Source: a virus. From it: 64,000 nt of DNA. Below the pieces are notes generated by a model. That model ran no database searches. It worked only from the letters and a program-made list of their open reading frames with translations, and was not told the origin of the DNA. The position numbers and the translations under genes were made by a program. The first letter of the stretch is position 1; every line of letters starts with the position of its first letter. The DNA is taken from positions 10,741 through 74,740 of the IMG/VR virus record IMGVR_UViG_3300047299_000128. One strand, given 5' to 3'. Shown piece by piece: positions 19,407 through 29,699 of the stretch.

Positions 19407-20153
19407 ATGGGCATACGTGACGACATTATTAAAGACATTGAATTGAGACTAGGCGGCGGCATGGTTGATGTGGAACTAGATTCTGCACACTATGACTTGG
19501 CAGTCAATTCTGCACTTAGAAAGTATAGACAGCGAAGCCAGCGAGGGACACAAGAAAAGTTTGTTCCGTTAACTATACACGAAGAACAGCAAGAATACCA
19601 ATTGCCCATGAATGTTGTATTGGTGCGAGATGTTATTATGCGACAAACCGGAACAGCAGGCACAAGTGGTTCTGGCGTAGATTTCGAACCGTTTAATACA
19701 TTGTATCTAAATAACATGTTGCTACAAAACAGCAACAGCTTCCAAGGCTTGCTAAACTATGAGTTGTATGCAGACCGCAGAGAATTACTAGCACGAATGT
19801 TTGGCGGATACGTGACATTTGACTTTAGACAAAACGACAAAAAGATATTTTTACATCGTAAGTTCAGGGGCGACGATGTTGTATTTGTTTGGTGCTGGGT
19901 AGAGCGTGATGACGAAGACTTATTATTAGATCCATACGCAAGCCCTTGGTTGAGAGATTATGCATTTGCCCGTGCAAAGTTTATGTTAGGCGAAGCACGT
20001 TCTAAATTTGCCAGCATCGCAGGTCCGCAAGGCGGCACTAGCTTAAACGGTGATGCGCTAAAAGCAGAAGCACAAAGTGATTTGGACAAGTTAGAAGAAG
20101 ACTTAAAATTGTTTACCGAAGGCGGCACACCTTACGGATTTATTATTGGATAA
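19407..20153 (+). CDS. gp13: Neck protein (T4 gp13-like)
   Basis: LRLGGGMVDVEL...WLRDYA.A..K..LGEARSKF...GGTSLNG. Confidence 0.85.
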   Translation: MGIRDDIIKDIELRLGGGMVDVELDSAHYDLAVNSALRKYRQRSQRGTQEKFVPLTIHEEQQEYQLPMNVVLVRDVIMRQTGTAGTSGSGVDFEPFNTLYLNNMLLQNSNSFQGLLNYELYADRRELLARMFGGYVTFDFRQNDKKIFLHRKFRGDDVVFVWCWVERDDEDLLLDPYASPWLRDYAFARAKFMLGEARSKFASIAGPQGGTSLNGDALKAEAQSDLDKLEEDLKLFTEGGTPYGFIIG

Positions 20154-20156
20154 TCA

Positions 20157-20450
20157 ATGAGAGAAATAAGAATAACAAGCGAAACATTTAGGCTACCGGG
20201 CGATGATCCAACTATCCCTGATGCATATGTTGATCCAGCGGCATTAGCAGAGGTTAAAAAGTTAGCGGGCATTTACGATTTTAGAAACAATCAACCATGC
20301 ACTGCTACACAAGAAGTAGCACAAGAAAAACAACCAAACTTGGGTGCTTACCAACGCGATAATGATATTAAACCCGGAACAGAAGAATGGTTTAGGCTTT
20401 GGTTCAGCCGTAAAAATCTAACTGGTGAAACTCCTTACGATAAAGACTGA
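20157..20450 (+). CDS. Hypothetical protein
   Basis: 97-aa ORF directly after gp13. Confidence 0.6.
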   Translation: MREIRITSETFRLPGDDPTIPDAYVDPAALAEVKKLAGIYDFRNNQPCTATQEVAQEKQPNLGAYQRDNDIKPGTEEWFRLWFSRKNLTGETPYDKD

Positions 20451-20457
20451 AAAAGTC

Positions 20458-20486
20458 TTTACAAATGATTAGTATTGCAGTATACT
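20458..20486 (+). promoter_or_regulatory. Sigma70-type promoter, leaderless transcript
   Basis: TTTACA-17-TATACT, ATG 6 nt downstream. Confidence 0.65.
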
Positions 20487-20492
20487 AGCAGT

Positions 20493-20981
20493 ATGAAAAT
20501 TTATTTGGATATGGACGATGTTGTAGCCGACTGGCTAACACAAGCCTACGTTATTTTAGGCAAACGCTGGGAAATGGGAGAACGAATCCCACAAAACGAA
20601 TGGAATCTTCTCAAAGAAGACATGCGATTTTACCGCACTCTCCCATTAAAGCCTGGTGCTACTGAATTGGTAGCACATTGCAAAAATTTAGTCGATCAAG
20701 GCAAAGCAGAAGGCTTATTCTTCCTAACAGCTATTCCGCATGATTATTCTGTACCATATGCAGTACAAGATAAAGTATGGTGGGCAAATGATCACTTTCC
20801 CGGTATCCCTGTATTCATTGGACCATTTAGTCATGACAAGTGGCGCCGATGCAAACCGGGCGACATTTTGATTGATGACAGGATTAGTAACTGCGAAGAA
20901 TGGCGCAGAGAAGGCGGACTAAGCCATATCTATAAAAACTGGCCGGATTGCAAAACATGGCTGGAGGCTACAGTAAAATGA
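20493..20981 (+). CDS. 5'(3')-deoxyribonucleotidase (NT5C/HAD family)
   Basis: IYLDMDDVVAD; LTA; K..W; DILIDDR. Confidence 0.8.
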   Translation: MKIYLDMDDVVADWLTQAYVILGKRWEMGERIPQNEWNLLKEDMRFYRTLPLKPGATELVAHCKNLVDQGKAEGLFFLTAIPHDYSVPYAVQDKVWWANDHFPGIPVFIGPFSHDKWRRCKPGDILIDDRISNCEEWRREGGLSHIYKNWPDCKTWLEATVK

Positions 20982-21604
20982 TTATTGGAATTTGCGGTTT
21001 TATCGGCAGCGGCAAGGACACTGTAGCTGATTACTTGGTTAACATTCATGGCTTTAGACGAGAAAGTTTTGCCAACACACTCAAGGATGCAGTGGCCGCA
21101 GTCTTTGGTTGGGACAGAGTATTGCTAGAAGGTCGTACTAAAGAAGCTCGCGAATGGCGCGAGCAAGTAGATACATGGTGGGCATCTAGGCTAAACATCC
21201 CGCACTTAACTCCTCGTTGGGTATTACAACAATGGGGCACGGAAGTTTGTCGCAAAGGCTTTCACGATGACATTTGGATTGCTAGCGTAGAAAACAAATT
21301 AAGAAAAACTAAAGATAACATTGTTATTAGTGATTGTCGCTTTCCTAATGAAATTTCCAGTATCAAACAAGCACTAGGTCAGGTTATTTGGGTACAACGC
21401 GGCGAATTGCCAAGCTGGCATATCATGGCAGGCAAAGCTAACAATGGCGATATTGTAGCTGCACAAAAACTTAAACAACTCGGTATACATGCAAGCGAAA
21501 CCTCTTGGGTTGGTACAAACTTCGATGGCATATTAAATAACAACGCAAGTTTAGACGATTTATATACGCAAGTTGAGCGTTTAGTGGTGCAACCAAAACC
21601 ATAA
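20978..21604 (+). CDS. Deoxynucleoside monophosphate kinase (T4 gp1-like)
   Basis: MIIGICGFIGSGKDT P-loop; PRWVLQQWGTE; ISDCRFPNE; HASE. Confidence 0.9.
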   Translation: MIIGICGFIGSGKDTVADYLVNIHGFRRESFANTLKDAVAAVFGWDRVLLEGRTKEAREWREQVDTWWASRLNIPHLTPRWVLQQWGTEVCRKGFHDDIWIASVENKLRKTKDNIVISDCRFPNEISSIKQALGQVIWVQRGELPSWHIMAGKANNGDIVAAQKLKQLGIHASETSWVGTNFDGILNNNASLDDLYTQVERLVVQPKP

Positions 21605-21624
21605 AAATCAACAATCCGGCTAAA

Positions 21625-21687
21625 TAGCCATCATTTCTCCAAAAAGTTATAAATAAGTATAACTCATAAGGAGACCAAAGATGGCTA
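21625..21687 (+). promoter_or_regulatory. Extended hairpin masking the RBS and ATG of the tail sheath gene, with a late promoter at its apex
   Basis: TAGCCATC/GATGGCTA, TCTCC/GGAGA, AGTTATA/TATAACT; TATAAATA at 21648. Confidence 0.75.
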
Positions 21688-24077
21688 CATTAGTATCCCC
21701 AGGCGTAGCAGTAAGTGTTACGGACGAAAGCCAATATGGCGGTGCAGGACAAGGCACAGTCCCGTTAATCATTTTAGCTACTCAAACAAACAAAACAAAT
21801 TTAAGCGGATCCGGCTATGCTCAAGGAACTATCCCTGCAAACGCCGGTAAACCTGTCTTATTAACAAGCCAACGAGAGCTTGTTGAATTATTCGGACAAC
21901 CTCAATTCAGCGTTATTGATGGTACACCTATTCACGGTGCAGAAACTAACGAATACGGCTTGCTAGCAGCTTATAGCTTTTTAGGCATTGCCAACCGTGC
22001 TTACGTTTTACGTGCCGATATTGACTTAGCTCAATTGGATCCATCATTACTAGAACCCGCAGGCGCTCCTGTAAATGGTACATACTGGTTAGACTTATCT
22101 AGCACAAACTGGGGCGTATTTGAATCTACATCTACTGGTACTGCTAGTTGGGTCGCTAAATCAGTAACAGTAATCGAAGACAGTGCAGATACAGTTGGCG
22201 GCACAGGCTTGTTACCTTTGAACACAAACGGTTCTGATGGCGACTATGCATTAGTTGCTACGAGTGCAGTTTCTAGCTATCAACTATACAAAAAGATCGG
22301 CGGATCTTGGACATTAGTTTCTGATGCAGCATTAGGTAAGAGTGTTTTTGCAGCACCTCACTATTCTATCCCTAGCGCAAGCGCTATTGGCGATGTTTGG
22401 ATTAAAACTACAACTCCTAACAGCGGCTTAAAAGTTATTGTTAAGAAATATGTAGCAGCAAATGTCCCTGCAAGTAGCCCTTGGGTTGCACAAAACGTAA
22501 GCGTTTATGAATCCGATGTTGCAGCAACTGCTGGTTTTGGTAGTGCATTAAGCGCTGGTAAAGTGTACGCAAAAGTTGCAAACACTGTAGCAAACTTAGA
22601 ATTACGTTATTACAATGGCACTAGCTGGTCTGCACTAGGCGAAGTAGCCGGCACACAAAGCCCAACAGGCGCAACAGCCGATGGTACATTATGGTACAGC
22701 AGCGCATTATACGCAGACTTGTATGTAAAAGCCAATGGACAATGGGAACCTATTAGCGGTTCTGTTACAATTGATTCTACAGCCCCATCTAGCCCGTCGG
22801 CTGGTGATGTTTGGGTTGACAGTAGCGATTTAGAAAACTATCCTTTCGTACATCAATATGATGGCACATCTTGGGTAGAGCGCGACACTACAGACCAAAC
22901 AACTCCAAACGGTGTTGTATTTGCAGACTTAACAACTATTGCAGCAGACACAAGCAACGGTACAGGCGGCGCAACTCCAGTCGACAGCGAAGCTCCTGAT
23001 GCTTTATTATATCCAGACGGTATGTTCCTATGGAACAGTATTGTTTCTACAGGTAACGTTAAACAATACAGTTCTGCAACAGGCGTATGGAGTACATTCA
23101 GCGGTAACCAAGCTAACGGTCGTCCTTTTACTTTACGTAAAGCACAACGTCAAGCAGTAGTTCGTGCTATGCAAACTGTAGTAAATGAAAATACACAAAT
23201 CCGTGAAGAAATGACATTCTTTACACTAATCGCAGCACCAGCGTACCCAGAGTTATTAGACGAGATGGTTGCACTAAACACAGACCGTAAAGAAACAGCG
23301 TTTATTGTTGTTGACACTCCGTTCCGTTTAGCCCCTCAAGGTCAAACATTGTTAGACTGGATGAGCGGTAACAATGCAACGGTAAACGGCGAAGCTGGTT
23401 TGATTACTAGCACTAATACAGCCGCAGCATATTATCCAAGCGGTATTACAAGCGACTTAGCTGGTAACGACGTAGTTGTTCCTGCAAGTCACATTGTATT
23501 ACGTACTATGGCATACAATGACCAAGTTGCTTATCCTTGGTTCGCACCAGCAGGTTTAACTCGTGGTGTTGTTACTAACGCAACAAACGTTGGTTACATT
23601 AACGGCGAAGGCGAATTTGTTCCAGTAGCGCTAACTAATGGTCAGCGTGATACATTATACGGAGATGGCAGCAGAGTTGGTATTAACCCAATCGCTCGTT
23701 TCCCAGGACAAGGCTTATTTGTATTCGGTCAACGAACACTACAAAGCCATGCAAGTGCATTAGACAGAGTAAACGTAAGCCGTTTAGTTGCTTACTTACG
23801 TGAGCGTTTTGATCCGTTGGCTCGCCCGTTCATATTCGAACCTAACGACCAAATCACTCGTGCTAATGCTAAACAAGTTTTCGATGGCTTCTTAGGTGAC
23901 TTATTATCTAAGCGAGCTATCTATGACTTTATCGTTGTTTGCGATGACACAAACAATACCCCTGCCAGAATTGACAGAAACGAACTATGGATCGACGTTG
24001 CTATTGAGCCAGTGAAAGCTGCTGAATTTATCTACATTCCAATTCGTGTTGTTAACACAGGCGAGTTATCAGCCTGA
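21681..24077 (+). CDS. gp18: Contractile tail sheath protein
   Basis: LVSPGV start; PWFAPAG.TRG; FIFEPND; NNTPARIDRNEL..D.AIEP..AAEFI. Confidence 0.95.
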   Translation: MATLVSPGVAVSVTDESQYGGAGQGTVPLIILATQTNKTNLSGSGYAQGTIPANAGKPVLLTSQRELVELFGQPQFSVIDGTPIHGAETNEYGLLAAYSFLGIANRAYVLRADIDLAQLDPSLLEPAGAPVNGTYWLDLSSTNWGVFESTSTGTASWVAKSVTVIEDSADTVGGTGLLPLNTNGSDGDYALVATSAVSSYQLYKKIGGSWTLVSDAALGKSVFAAPHYSIPSASAIGDVWIKTTTPNSGLKVIVKKYVAANVPASSPWVAQNVSVYESDVAATAGFGSALSAGKVYAKVANTVANLELRYYNGTSWSALGEVAGTQSPTGATADGTLWYSSALYADLYVKANGQWEPISGSVTIDSTAPSSPSAGDVWVDSSDLENYPFVHQYDGTSWVERDTTDQTTPNGVVFADLTTIAADTSNGTGGATPVDSEAPDALLYPDGMFLWNSIVSTGNVKQYSSATGVWSTFSGNQANGRPFTLRKAQRQAVVRAMQTVVNENTQIREEMTFFTLIAAPAYPELLDEMVALNTDRKETAFIVVDTPFRLAPQGQTLLDWMSGNNATVNGEAGLITSTNTAAAYYPSGITSDLAGNDVVVPASHIVLRTMAYNDQVAYPWFAPAGLTRGVVTNATNVGYINGEGEFVPVALTNGQRDTLYGDGSRVGINPIARFPGQGLFVFGQRTLQSHASALDRVNVSRLVAYLRERFDPLARPFIFEPNDQITRANAKQVFDGFLGDLLSKRAIYDFIVVCDDTNNTPARIDRNELWIDVAIEPVKAAEFIYIPIRVVNTGELSA

Positions 24078-24105
24078 TAAATAAATAGCCGAAGGAGAAT
24101 AAGAC

Positions 24106-24717
24106 ATGGCAGATTTAACACAATTTGGAGTTCCGACAACAGGCACCAACGCTATGGTAATGCCTAAGCTCCAATATAGATTCAGAGTTAACATGTATAA
24201 CTTTGGTCTAAACAGCGGTAGCACCGTTGATTTTACGCAAAACGTAGTAAGCGTAACTCGTCCGAGTGTAACACACGACGAAGTTACGTTAGATGCGTAT
24301 AACAGCCGCGCTTACATTGCAGGCAAGCACACATGGGAACCAGTTACAATTACTTTACGTGATGACATGAACAATGCAGTTAATAGACACGTTGCAAGTC
24401 AATTACAAAAGCAATTGAATCACGGTCGCCAAAGTGCCCCGGCAGCAGCCGCAGACTATAAGTTTGGTTTAGTAATCGAGCAGTTAGATGGTTCGCAACC
24501 GGGTGTTGTTTTAGAAACTTGGAGTTTAAATGGATGCTTTATCCAAAACGTAAACTACGGTGAAAACAACTATGCAACTAGTGATGTAATGCAAATTACA
24601 TTACAGATCCGTTATGACAATGCCGATATACACAGCGAAGCTGTAATGTCTGCTACTGAATCTGGCGCTTTAACAAGCGGCTTATTAGGTAACAGTGCAA
24701 TAGGCAACGCAGTCTAA
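24106..24717 (+). CDS. gp19: Tail tube protein
   Basis: Follows the sheath gene; PKLQYRFRV, AGKHTWEPVTITLRDD, LQIRYD. Confidence 0.85.
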   Translation: MADLTQFGVPTTGTNAMVMPKLQYRFRVNMYNFGLNSGSTVDFTQNVVSVTRPSVTHDEVTLDAYNSRAYIAGKHTWEPVTITLRDDMNNAVNRHVASQLQKQLNHGRQSAPAAAADYKFGLVIEQLDGSQPGVVLETWSLNGCFIQNVNYGENNYATSDVMQITLQIRYDNADIHSEAVMSATESGALTSGLLGNSAIGNAV

Positions 24718-24727
24718 GGGATAATAC

Positions 24728-25411
24728 ATGGCGGCATTAACTGACGCTATGAAGTGGTATAGTTTAGGCGCGCAAAAATCTGCGCGTCTAAAGTACCATT
24801 TTAAAGTAGAGTTCTTTAGTAGTGGATATACTGAAAAGTTAGGAGGGGCAAACGCCCCTGCCCGTTTGATATTTGATTCGATTAGAACAATCGAACTACC
24901 TAAATATACAATCGAAACAGAAGTAGCCAATTCGTATAACGTTAGACAATTGGTTCCTACTAAAATTATTTTTGAACCGATTAGTATTGCTTTTAACGAT
25001 ACATTAGACAACAGATTCCAAAATTTTATTAAAGCCTACATGGGTATTATTAGCAATAGCTTTTCTAAACTTGATAAAAGTGTAAGAACAGGTTTTGATG
25101 ATTTTGGTCTTAAATTATTAGATACAAATAAAGATTGCCCGATTGATAGAATCGAAATTACTAGATTCTATGGTGCCAATCAAGATGCAACAAGTTTAAA
25201 GAATACAAGCAAAGTAACATTATGGCGTCCTAAAATAGTAGACGTACAGCACGATACATTAGATTACAGTGCAAGCGAAGCGGTTACTTGGCAATTAAGT
25301 CTTCGTTATGAAAGTGTGACGTATGACGGAGATAAATCATCTGCTCCTGGAGAATTGCGCACACAAAAAGAAATAGATTATTCCAAGAGTCTGGGAGATT
25401 TTTCGGGATGA
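24728..25411 (+). CDS. Tail-tube-like baseplate/tube initiator protein
   Basis: Tube-fold pattern (ELPK...FEPISIAFND...LDYS...LRYE) paralogous to gp19. Confidence 0.6.
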   Translation: MAALTDAMKWYSLGAQKSARLKYHFKVEFFSSGYTEKLGGANAPARLIFDSIRTIELPKYTIETEVANSYNVRQLVPTKIIFEPISIAFNDTLDNRFQNFIKAYMGIISNSFSKLDKSVRTGFDDFGLKLLDTNKDCPIDRIEITRFYGANQDATSLKNTSKVTLWRPKIVDVQHDTLDYSASEAVTWQLSLRYESVTYDGDKSSAPGELRTQKEIDYSKSLGDFSG

Positions 25412-25686
25412 CAATAGAAACAATTAAATTTGATTTAGTTTATGGCCAGTTGTTAAAAATTGGTATTAATATAGACACAGCTAAAGTCATGGCTAAGACA
25501 TTGTTAGATATTAGCCATACTATTGGCGTAAACGTTGATGATTTATTAAAACAAATAGACCAAAACGGTATGCGTTTTGAAAATGATGTTTATAAGCAAT
25601 TAAATTTAGCAAGAACAAACAGCAGCCAATTAGGATATTTAGACGCAAGTAACATACCTCCTGCTATTACACGACAGGTAGTATAA
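25408..25686 (+). CDS. Hypothetical protein
   Basis: 92-aa ORF translationally coupled on both sides. Confidence 0.65.
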   Translation: MTIETIKFDLVYGQLLKIGINIDTAKVMAKTLLDISHTIGVNVDDLLKQIDQNGMRFENDVYKQLNLARTNSSQLGYLDASNIPPAITRQVV

Positions 25687-26153
25687 TGGCCAGCAACTAT
25701 ACACAAGGTTATTTTACTCCGCTACATCCAGAGAAGTATATCGGTAGCAACTCGCCCAAGTATCGTAGCAGTTGGGAATTAACAGTTATGCGATTTTGCG
25801 ATACTCATCCCGCTATCGTTGGCTGGGCAAGCGAATCATTAAGAATACCTTATAGAAATCCATTTACAGGTAAAGAATCGACATATTACCCGGATTTTTT
25901 AATTTCTTATCAAGATAAAAGCGGAAACAAGATTAGCGAAATTATCGAAGTAAAGCCTCGTAATCAAGCCTTATTAGAATTAGCCAGAAGCCAGCAAGAA
26001 AAAGCAGCGGTAGTTTTGAATATGGCAAAATGGGAAGCATGCCGTGCATGGTGCCAACGTCATGGGTTAAAATTTAGAATATTAACCGAAGAAGATATAT
26101 ACAATAATTGGCAACCGAGAAATAAACCAAAACAAAAGCGAGCAAGAAAATGA
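25686..26153 (+). CDS. gp4: Head completion nuclease (T4 gp4/TnsA-like)
   Basis: PEKYIG...YRSSWE...WASE...YYPDF...EVKP. Confidence 0.9.
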   Translation: MASNYTQGYFTPLHPEKYIGSNSPKYRSSWELTVMRFCDTHPAIVGWASESLRIPYRNPFTGKESTYYPDFLISYQDKSGNKISEIIEVKPRNQALLELARSQQEKAAVVLNMAKWEACRAWCQRHGLKFRILTEEDIYNNWQPRNKPKQKRARK

Positions 26154-26671
26154 CAAAAAGACTAGAAGATTTTTTTAACGTAGAGCCAACCGAGCCCGAT
26201 CGTAGCGAAAGCACGAACGAGGACCAAAAACCGCTAGTTGCAACAGAGTTAGTGCCAATGCCAGATTCGCTCACGCTCATTAAAGACCAATTAAGCGTAG
26301 CTAGTAAAATTGATGAAGCACTACCTCAAGTTAAAGGCTTGGATACAGAAGACCGTGCATTAGATGATTATGCTGACCAAGCAATGGAACATTTTGCCAG
26401 ATTGATGGATCTAGGGTTTAACGTAGATGACAGAAACGCAGGCAAGATATTTGAAGTTGCTAGCACTATGATGGGCAACGCTATTACTGCCAAAACAACT
26501 AAGTTAGATAAAAAGTTAAAGATGATTGAGCTACAGCTAAAGTTAGCTAAATTACAAAAAGATTTGGGCAAAGATGAACCAAGTGACGAAAATAAGCCAG
26601 GCGAATTGAGCACAGACCGCAATGCGATTCTTAACCTCATAAACCAAAACTTAAAGAAGCAAGATAAATAA
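26150..26671 (+). CDS. Putative terminase small subunit
   Basis: Helical protein upstream of terL; IFEVASTM...DRNAIL pattern reminiscent of gp16. Confidence 0.5.
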   Translation: MTKRLEDFFNVEPTEPDRSESTNEDQKPLVATELVPMPDSLTLIKDQLSVASKIDEALPQVKGLDTEDRALDDYADQAMEHFARLMDLGFNVDDRNAGKIFEVASTMMGNAITAKTTKLDKKLKMIELQLKLAKLQKDLGKDEPSDENKPGELSTDRNAILNLINQNLKKQDK

Positions 26672-26687
26672 TGTATCGGAGAACAGA

Positions 26688-27311
26688 ATGAAAACTCTAT
26701 TTGAATACATAGAAACACTACAACAAAAGCACGATGTCCGCATTAAGCTAGCATGCGAATGCAGCGACGACATGAGCGATAAAATCGAAAAGCACTTAGA
26801 AAAGTATGATGCTGAAAAGGTTAGCCGCCCTAGCAAGACTATTTTAATGCGCCGTCCAATGGATTTCCCAAATTTAGACATGGCGGAAATTTATATTATC
26901 GACTTTACTGCACTACTACCAGTTAGCCCTGAAATGCTAAAACAAGAACTAGCCAGCTTACTAAACATAAGCGAAGGCGAAATTGTTGTTCGTATGGCAA
27001 ACGAGCCCCGCGAACTAGAAGCAGAGCACGACGAAGAGGGCGACAAATTCTTAAAAGAACCTAAAGAAGCCAAGGCTTTATTGGGCACAGAATACAGCAA
27101 AGAAGAACTAGCTAAAGAAAAAGCAGATGAATTATTCGGCGACAAATACAATAGCAAGTTCTTAAAAGAATTGAAAAAACTTAGCGACGACCGCAAGAAA
27201 GAATTAAAAACACCTAAGATTGTCAAGGATCCGGATGTTCCTGCATCGACTCCAGAAATAGGTGATAGCACAGCGACTAATAAAAAGAGTCCTGTATCAA
27301 CAAGGAAATAA
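26688..27311 (+). CDS. Hypothetical late protein (possible internal head protein)
   Basis: GGAG RBS; late promoter at 26663; N-terminus MKTLFEYIE. Confidence 0.65.
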   Translation: MKTLFEYIETLQQKHDVRIKLACECSDDMSDKIEKHLEKYDAEKVSRPSKTILMRRPMDFPNLDMAEIYIIDFTALLPVSPEMLKQELASLLNISEGEIVVRMANEPRELEAEHDEEGDKFLKEPKEAKALLGTEYSKEELAKEKADELFGDKYNSKFLKELKKLSDDRKKELKTPKIVKDPDVPASTPEIGDSTATNKKSPVSTRK

Positions 27312-27313
27312 TC

Positions 27314-28147
27314 ATGGATTTAGTAAAATTACTATCTAAACTACAGGCTATCGGCGGCATGCCAGGTGCAATGACCGAAGAAAAGAAACCAGACGCCGAC
27401 AAAGACGGAGTGCCTGATTGGGCCGATAAAGCTGACGGTAAAGATGATAGCGAAGATAAAAAAGAAAAAGCCAATGAAGATATCTTTAATGTATTAAAAG
27501 GCTTAAAAGCTATCCAAGAAGCTAGTTTAGAAGAAGATGATGTCGAAGAAGGCAACGAATTCTCTGGAGCATTGACTGCGGCTAAAGCTGCTGGAAAAGA
27601 AGAATTTGAAGTCGGCGGCAAAAAATATAAAGTAAATGAATGCGGCGAAATGGAAATGAGTCCTTTTACTGCTCCTGATGCTGGAATCGAAATGCAACCA
27701 ATGTCTGCTATCCAAGCAGAATTGCCAGACGACGAGCACGGCGAAGAAATGTCTCCGGAAGTCGAAGAAGAGAAGCCGAGTTATACATTAAGCATCCAAA
27801 ACGGCGATAGCAATTTAAATATGACAACTGACATTCCTGATGAAATCATTCACATTATGAAACTTGCAGGAGTACAAGGTAAAGCAGAAGTTAAAAAATC
27901 TGCACCTAGTCCAGAAGGCGAAGAAGCCGGTGAAGAAAAAGAAGTAGACGAAGCATGGGGTAATACTCCTGCCGCAACTAATGAAAAAGAACCTAAGGCT
28001 TATGGCGATATTCGTGACTGGGCGTTAAAAGGTACAGGCAAAGGCAAGCCAGGATACGGCGACCGTCGTGCTCCGGGTCAGGGTGACAATCCTATGAACG
28101 AAAGCACAATGTTTGCAGAGTATAAAAAATTTAAAGCAGGCAAATGA
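27314..28147 (+). CDS. Acidic hypothetical protein (possible head core protein)
   Basis: 277 aa, very E/D-rich; AAGGA RBS. Confidence 0.65.
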   Translation: MDLVKLLSKLQAIGGMPGAMTEEKKPDADKDGVPDWADKADGKDDSEDKKEKANEDIFNVLKGLKAIQEASLEEDDVEEGNEFSGALTAAKAAGKEEFEVGGKKYKVNECGEMEMSPFTAPDAGIEMQPMSAIQAELPDDEHGEEMSPEVEEEKPSYTLSIQNGDSNLNMTTDIPDEIIHIMKLAGVQGKAEVKKSAPSPEGEEAGEEKEVDEAWGNTPAATNEKEPKAYGDIRDWALKGTGKGKPGYGDRRAPGQGDNPMNESTMFAEYKKFKAGK

Positions 28148-29679
28148 GCGGCACCCCGGTTTTAATTAAACAGCCTTACAAAAAAGAAACGTACACGGAC
28201 AAGCAGATAGCGGAAATTGTAAAAGCCGCTACTGACCCCGTGTACTTTATCAGCGAGTACATGTGGATCCAGCATCCAACTAAAGGCCGCGTTAGATTTG
28301 AGCTTTATGATTACCAAGTTGATTTAATAGGTTGTTATCATAACAATCGTTATAGTATTAACATGCTGGGCCGCCAGATGGGCAAGTCAACTTGTGCCGC
28401 CGGCTATTTGCTATGGTACGCTATGTTCGTACCTGACAGCACAATTTTAATTGCCGCGCACAAATACACTGGTTCTCAAGAAATTATGCAACGTGTTCGT
28501 TTCATGTACGAGAACTTACCTGAATGGATTAAAGCAGGTGCTACTAGTTATAACAAAGGTAGCATTGATTTTGACAACGGCTCACGTATTGTTAGTGCAA
28601 CGACAACAGAAAATACTGGTCGTGGTATGTCTATTACACTGGTTTATTTAGACGAGTTTGCGTTCGTTCCGCCTCGTATTGCTAAAGAGTTTTGGACAGC
28701 ATTGAGCCCTACATTAGCAACGGGTGGTAAGTGTATTATTACAAGCACACCTAACCAAGACAACGACCAATTTGCACAAATTTGGAATGAAGCTAACAAA
28801 AAGACTGACTCGTATGGTAACATAACAAAAGTCGGTAAAAATGGTTTTGCCAGCATTATGTATATTTGGAACGATCATCCGGATAGAGATGCAGAATGGG
28901 GCGAAACTGAACGTAGTAAAATTGGCGAAGAACGATTTTTACGAGAACACGAATGCGTGTTTATTACAGCAGACGAAACATTAGTTAGCAGTATGGTGCT
29001 GACAAATATTGTGGGCGAAGATCCTATAAACAAAATAGGACAATTAAGAATATACTCGCCTATAGAAAAAGATCACACCTATGTAGTTGCATGGGACCCG
29101 AGTTTGGGAACCGGCAGTGACCCCGCAGCTATCGAGATTTTTAGACTACCAGATTTGGTACAAGTTGCAGAATGGCAACATAACAAAACAGACGTTCGCG
29201 GACAGCTTAGAACATTAGTAAGTATATTAGAATACATTAGAGATGCTGGAATCGAAAACGATAACTTATACTGGAGTGTAGAAAACAATACGCTAGGCGA
29301 AGCGGCACTAGTAGCAGTAACTGAATACGGTGAAGAACGTATCCCTGGATACTTTTTAAGTGAGCCCGGAGCAAAACGTCGTGGCTTTAACACTACGAAT
29401 AAAAGTAAATTAGCAGCATGCACTAAGTTAAAGTATTATATCGAATCTGGTAAAATGCAACCAAAAAGTAAAAACTTCATACAAGAGCTAAAAACTTTCG
29501 TTGCCCATGGTGCTAGTTTTGCAGCCAAAGAAGGTGAAACAGACGATTTGGTTATGGCAAGTTTATTGGTAGTTAGGCTAGTAGAGCATTTGATGAAGTA
29601 CGACGAAAAGACTTATGCCAGATTAGTAGAGCGGGACAGTAATGACTTCCTGGCTCCGATGCCTATTGGCATTTTATAA
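28144..29679 (+). CDS. gp17: Terminase large subunit
   Basis: GRQMGKST Walker A; YLDEFAF Walker B; TSTPN; WDPSLG; DDLVMA. Confidence 0.95.
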   Translation: MSGTPVLIKQPYKKETYTDKQIAEIVKAATDPVYFISEYMWIQHPTKGRVRFELYDYQVDLIGCYHNNRYSINMLGRQMGKSTCAAGYLLWYAMFVPDSTILIAAHKYTGSQEIMQRVRFMYENLPEWIKAGATSYNKGSIDFDNGSRIVSATTTENTGRGMSITLVYLDEFAFVPPRIAKEFWTALSPTLATGGKCIITSTPNQDNDQFAQIWNEANKKTDSYGNITKVGKNGFASIMYIWNDHPDRDAEWGETERSKIGEERFLREHECVFITADETLVSSMVLTNIVGEDPINKIGQLRIYSPIEKDHTYVVAWDPSLGTGSDPAAIEIFRLPDLVQVAEWQHNKTDVRGQLRTLVSILEYIRDAGIENDNLYWSVENNTLGEAALVAVTEYGEERIPGYFLSEPGAKRRGFNTTNKSKLAACTKLKYYIESGKMQPKSKNFIQELKTFVAHGASFAAKEGETDDLVMASLLVVRLVEHLMKYDEKTYARLVERDSNDFLAPMPIGIL

Positions 29680-29699
29680 TGAAATGGCTAAATACATAC

